Of a stretch of DNA of 64,000 nucleotides, positions 60,118 to 64,000 are shown piece after piece; the first letter of the stretch is position 1; the number at the start of each line of letters is the position of its first letter. Source of the DNA: Novakomyces olei (lineage: Eukaryota); assembly GCA_016906335.1 (NCBI GenBank), contig JADEYG010000015.1, positions 1,116,001 through 1,180,000 of the forward strand. The letters run 5' to 3'. The notes below the pieces were generated by a model. That model was not told where the DNA came from. It saw only the letters and a program-made list of their open reading frames with translations, and ran no database searches. Position numbers and translations under genes: made by a program.

Positions 60118-60698
60118 ATGTATATATACAACAAAGCGTATTTGCATACAATAATAATTGGCTCATTTATCTATTGATGCTTTTAATCTTATTTTCCATT
60201 TTTCATGGAACAAAATTGTCTTCAATTACATATAAGCTTATTGTACTGTACATTTGAATACATCTTTTACATATTACAACTCATATACTTATGAAAATTG
60301 AGGTAACCCTACAAATTGAAACCAAATATTTTGTAATTTTGTAATTTTGTAATATTCATTTAGCTGATACACAGCATCAGATACATCTAATATTACCACC
60401 ATTCACGCGGATGCACGCTTGGTCACTTGCACTTAGCCGACTCCCTCTGTTTAACTCTCTTCTTTCCCTTTTCTCGGGTTATGTTTTCTTATTACCCTTT
60501 AATATTTCTCACTTTACCTTCCATAAATTTTGCATAGTGAACCCAATCCGCTTATCCTTAAATAGGACAAAAGGCGGAAAGAACGATAGAAAGATAAAGT
60601 TGGAAAATAAAAAGCAGTTTTACTTTAAATGATATATCTTTTTCTGAAAAAGAAAATAAACAAGAAAGAATACGACAATCAATGCTTTCTTTTAATTA

Positions 60699-62407
60699 TT
60701 ACAGCTCATCAAAGTATGGCAGCTCGTACGTGTTGCCGATAGCAACAACGCTAGGCTTGCCCTTGACTAATTGGCCAAGTGCCTTTTTAACTGATCCAAC
60801 AGTGAGCGAATCAATTGCTTCAGCAGCAGCAGCATGATCCTGGCTCTTGCCTGTAGCAAGCAATTGCTCACCAATAGCGCCAACAGTATCAACTTTGCTC
60901 TCAGACGTAGACAGCAAGGCAAATTTGGCCTGAGCCTTTGCGCGCTGGACATCAGACTCGGAGAGGTTCGAGCCGAGGCCGTTTACAATGCCCCAAGCGT
61001 CCTTGGTGGCAGCAGAAATACTAGACTTTGGTGCACTTACAATGATTTGCAGGAGGCCAGCATCGCTATAAGACCGGGAACTGGAAATTGCTCGGGCGTG
61101 AGGATGAAGAGAGCCGAGATGGCTCAGTGGACTAGTGCCACTGGTCCACTTAATGTGACTCGTACCGCCCAGCAAATGCTGGACTGTAGACTGCTCAGCT
61201 GGAGAAAGGCTTGAAGTATCCAGGCCGATAAAGTAATAGTTAGCAGCAGAGCCAGACGGGATTCGCAATTCACCACCATAGTATTGAGTCTTGGGAGTTT
61301 GTGCCAGAGAGCCTTTAGGAAGGCCAGTATAAAGGTCCGCTACAAACTTGTCCATATCACGCAAGCTCAGCCCTGTGCCGACAAGAGCCAAGTTATTGGT
61401 GGCAAACGACTGGTGAGCAAAGCTCTTGATGCTGGCCGTGTTGGGGATCGTATCGGGCGTAATGTAGAGAGAGTTGCCCAGACCTCTGCGGAAAGCCAGT
61501 TGGTGAACTGCTTCATTTCCTACAATAAAGGGATCCACTTTGGCTGCCTCATAGTCCAATTTAGCAGCTGGCAGAACTTCTTCTGCTAATTCGTAGTCTA
61601 AAATGTCAGTCTGGTTGTGCTTGAAAAACAGATCGTTTGGTTGCTTGTACTGAAATGCGATGAATTGAGCCATGTGATAGTAATAGAAAAGGACCAGAGA
61701 AAAGATTGAGCAAAAACCAAAAATATAGAAAACAAAGAGATACAGAAAACATTCACCAAATCATAAGCAAACCAAGAAGAAAAGACCAATGGAGCAACGC
61801 TGTGGGCAATGCTGCCAATGACTAGCCAATTTATTATATTGCAAAACGCCAACCAGTCGGCCAATAATGACAAGAGACATGTAAAAAATATTCGTACCCT
61901 TGAAACGAGTGCTAGACAGGATTTCTGCAAACAATTCCACATAGTATGGAAGATCCTGTTGCAAGAACTGTGCAGTGAGCACGAGATGCTCACGGCCAAG
62001 GCTGGTGCTCAAGCTGCCACCTAACAATTCGTTCTCGCGGCTGATACGCAAAGTAGAGCGGGCTTCCGTGCTCTATAAAAGTCGTCAGCATTAACTATAC
62101 AGGCCAAGGCAGGAGCAGGCAAAAAGAACACGAATCCACGAGCAAACCATACCTTGAACGCAAACCGCTCCAGCAGGTGAGCCAAACCTGGAGCCGGCTG
62201 AAACCGGCTGCCAGCACGAACAATTGCCGAGAGCGCAGCAGTCGGCGATCGGTCCGGACGAGCCGCGACTTTAATGCCGTTGCCGACCGTAGCGGTTTCA
62301 AAATTGATGAGCTTTGGATCAGCAGGCGAAGCTGTAGCGTAGCAGCGACGAGCCGCCCGCTGCAGCAGTGCGGCAGAGCGGCCACGAGCAGAAAGGTAAC
62401 AGCTCAT
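60699..62407 (-). CDS. QCR2: Cytochrome bc1 core protein 2; two introns
   Basis: VRAGSRFQPAPGLAHLLERFAFK, RENELLGG.LST.LGRE, YYGGELRI, LLGGTSHIKW, SYSDAGL, LPYFDEL. Confidence 0.95.
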
Positions 62408-62656
62408 GACAATTGGTCTTTTGCCGTACGCAGTGAAGGGAGAGAAATGATCCGGACCGTAGCAATTTTTGACCGGCTGCGGATTATACGGGTTGTTACT
62501 GGTCAGTTGGGCTTTTGCTCAAGTATAAATTTACAGGCGAATTCTCTCCAATGTTTTATTCATATTATTCGCTATCAGCAGTATATAGTGTAATGGATGA
62601 ACGCGCACCTCTCTTGTTATTCCTTGTGGATATCAAGTAATCAACAGACGCCTGAT

Positions 62657-62793
62657 TAACCCTAATTGCTTAATTATCATAAAGTTTTAGGGTTAGTTTG
62701 ACACAGTAAGAGCGGGGACTAGGGCTAGTTGGGCACAGAAAGAGTGAGTTCATATTAAACTAAGAGATTAGGGTTAATTAGGCACAGTGAGAG
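62657..62793. promoter_or_regulatory. Telo-box-like cluster with three degenerate 25-bp copies upstream of QCR2
   Basis: TAACCCTAA at 62657; TAGGGTTAGTTTGACACAGTAAGAG at 62688; TAGGGCTAGTTGGGCACAGAAAGAG at 62720; TAGGGTTAATTAGGCACAGTGAGAG at 62769. Confidence 0.55.
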
Positions 62794-62843
62794 ATGTTAC
62801 AAACAAATGAATTTAGTCCAATGCAATTCCCCTTCAGTACAGT

Positions 62844-64000
62844 CTATATCTTGTAGTTCATCAAATCAAAGGCACAAATGACCTCTTTCCCAAACGGTTC
62901 GGCGGCAAGATCACCAATCTGCTTCATTATGGCAGCAGACTGAGGATTTGTTTCTACATCGCCACGATATCGAGACGAAAAATGATTTAGTATAAGCGTT
63001 TCTGCCCCGATACAGCTGGCAAAGGCTCCAGCCATCTCGGGAGTACTGTGACCATGCTTGATGCAGCGTACTTTTGCCGCGTGTTTAAGCGTTTCCACGA
63101 CTGCATTGTTTTGCAGCTCAGTAGCAGTTAGGTCTTGTTCGGGTATAAATGCGTTTGTTGCTTCATGTACTAAAATAGTGGGTTCAGAAGCCAGTCCGGC
63201 AATGTTTGACGGGTCAAATGTATCCCCCAGGATTATGATTTGCCTTCCTGGCCTTGGCTGTGGTGGCGCCAAAATTACACCATTAGAAAGTCGTAAAGTT
63301 TCGCCCTGCTGAAGCCTTGAAAGCAGCTGCAGCGGATTCGAAAGACCTAATTGTGTGCGAATCGTATCAGCATTGGCCCTGAGCAAAGGACCAAAATGAG
63401 ACATATCTATTCGGCCAGGTCGGGGTGTTTCATTGAGTACATAACCCACACATGGCAGAGTATGCCTAATACTGGCAGCATGTATGGTCCAAGTAGAATT
63501 TTGGAAAATGTTCTGCCAGCGATCATTATCATCAGGGAAAAGGTTACGACCAATAGCAAGCTCTGACCGATAGAGTGGCTGAGTGTGCAAAGGTGTGATC
63601 TGAGTCCCCGACTTAAAGTGCAGTTCGTGTACACAGTAGGGTACAGTTATCATTGTACTAGTTAATTTTAAAATGCTTCGTACAAAACTGCGTAACCCAT
63701 AAGGGCCGTATAATTCGAGTGGCTGTAGGGTTAATAAACGCAAAAGAAAAGCAAAATTTGGACACAAATGCTTCAAAGATCGGAAAATATACGTCAAAAT
63801 AAATAAATGAATAAAAAAATAAAAAATTAATGCAATACAAGCGGACAGAAATGAAACCGGCTTTACCTCTGAAGGATCATCCTTTACATTATCCTCACTA
63901 GCAGACTCTCCGCCCAATAAAGCGGCCAGTAAAGATCCCAGCCCAAAACAATGATCTCCATGCATATGTGTAACGAATATTTTCTTTATTTTTGACATTC
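62844..64000 (-). CDS. tRNase Z, short form (ELAC1/RNase Z-like), 3' part; probable in-frame intron 63866-63723
   Basis: IFVTHMHGDHCFGL, LYGP.GLR, H..PCVGY, exosite-like arm, IIILGDT, HEAT, HST, LNHFSSRY. Confidence 0.88.
   Translation of the reverse strand, partial: MSKIKKIFVTHMHGDHCFGLGSLLAALLGGESASEDNVKDDPSEVKPVSFLSACIALIFYFFIHLFILTYIFRSLKHLCPNFAFLLRLLTLQPLELYGPYGLRSFVRSILKLTSTMITVPYCVHELHFKSGTQITPLHTQPLYRSELAIGRNLFPDDNDRWQNIFQNSTWTIHAASIRHTLPCVGYVLNETPRPGRIDMSHFGPLLRANADTIRTQLGLSNPLQLLSRLQQGETLRLSNGVILAPPQPRPGRQIIILGDTFDPSNIAGLASEPTILVHEATNAFIPEQDLTATELQNNAVVETLKHAAKVRCIKHGHSTPEMAGAFASCIGAETLILNHFSSRYRGDVETNPQSAAIMKQIGDLAAEPFGKEVICAFDLMNYKI

Noticed and set aside
61598..61897. Intron-encoded H/ACA snoRNA in QCR2 intron 2
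   Set aside because: Only a weak GU-rich stem; no clear two-hairpin H/ACA layout.

Overview
Gene-dense, intron-containing fungal nuclear DNA. It is most consistent with an early-diverging ascomycete (Taphrinomycotina-like; this is my inference from protein style, short introns with CTRAY branch points close to the acceptor, and retained complex I). I can assemble about 32 protein-coding genes by hand-splicing: ARG4 (3' part), CCC2, CSN7-like, SDH4, MAS1/QCR1, ADA3, TMA23-like, FRG1-like, NPR2, SLM5, an RMD1/DUF155 protein, a maltose/galactoside O-acetyltransferase, SEC63, VPS36, SUS1, UTP8-like, MVP1, a SET methyltransferase, SPG1/TEM1, NHA1, a fructosamine kinase, CENP-W, MED1-like, PEX39-like, a WD40 protein, YAT1, the complex I 78-kDa subunit, an LRRC58-like LRR/BC-box protein, MAK10, QCR2, a short-form tRNase Z (3' part) and two hypothetical proteins. 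AT-rich spacers and introns carry many simple tandem repeats. I recognised no rRNA, tRNA, CRISPR array or autonomous transposon. Best leads: (1) an unexplained GGCGGGAAAAG inverted-repeat element present twice with a shared upstream 12-mer; (2) telomere-type TTAGGG motifs inside the CCC2 ORF and in several promoters, including a three-copy 25-bp motif before QCR2; (3) an LRR/BC-box/Cys-cluster protein resembling LRRC58; (4) a tRNase ZS in an apparent ascomycete; (5) paired ATCTGATAA iron-GATA sites before CCC2; (6) small multi-exon genes that the ORF track fragments. All family calls come from motif recognition, not database searches.
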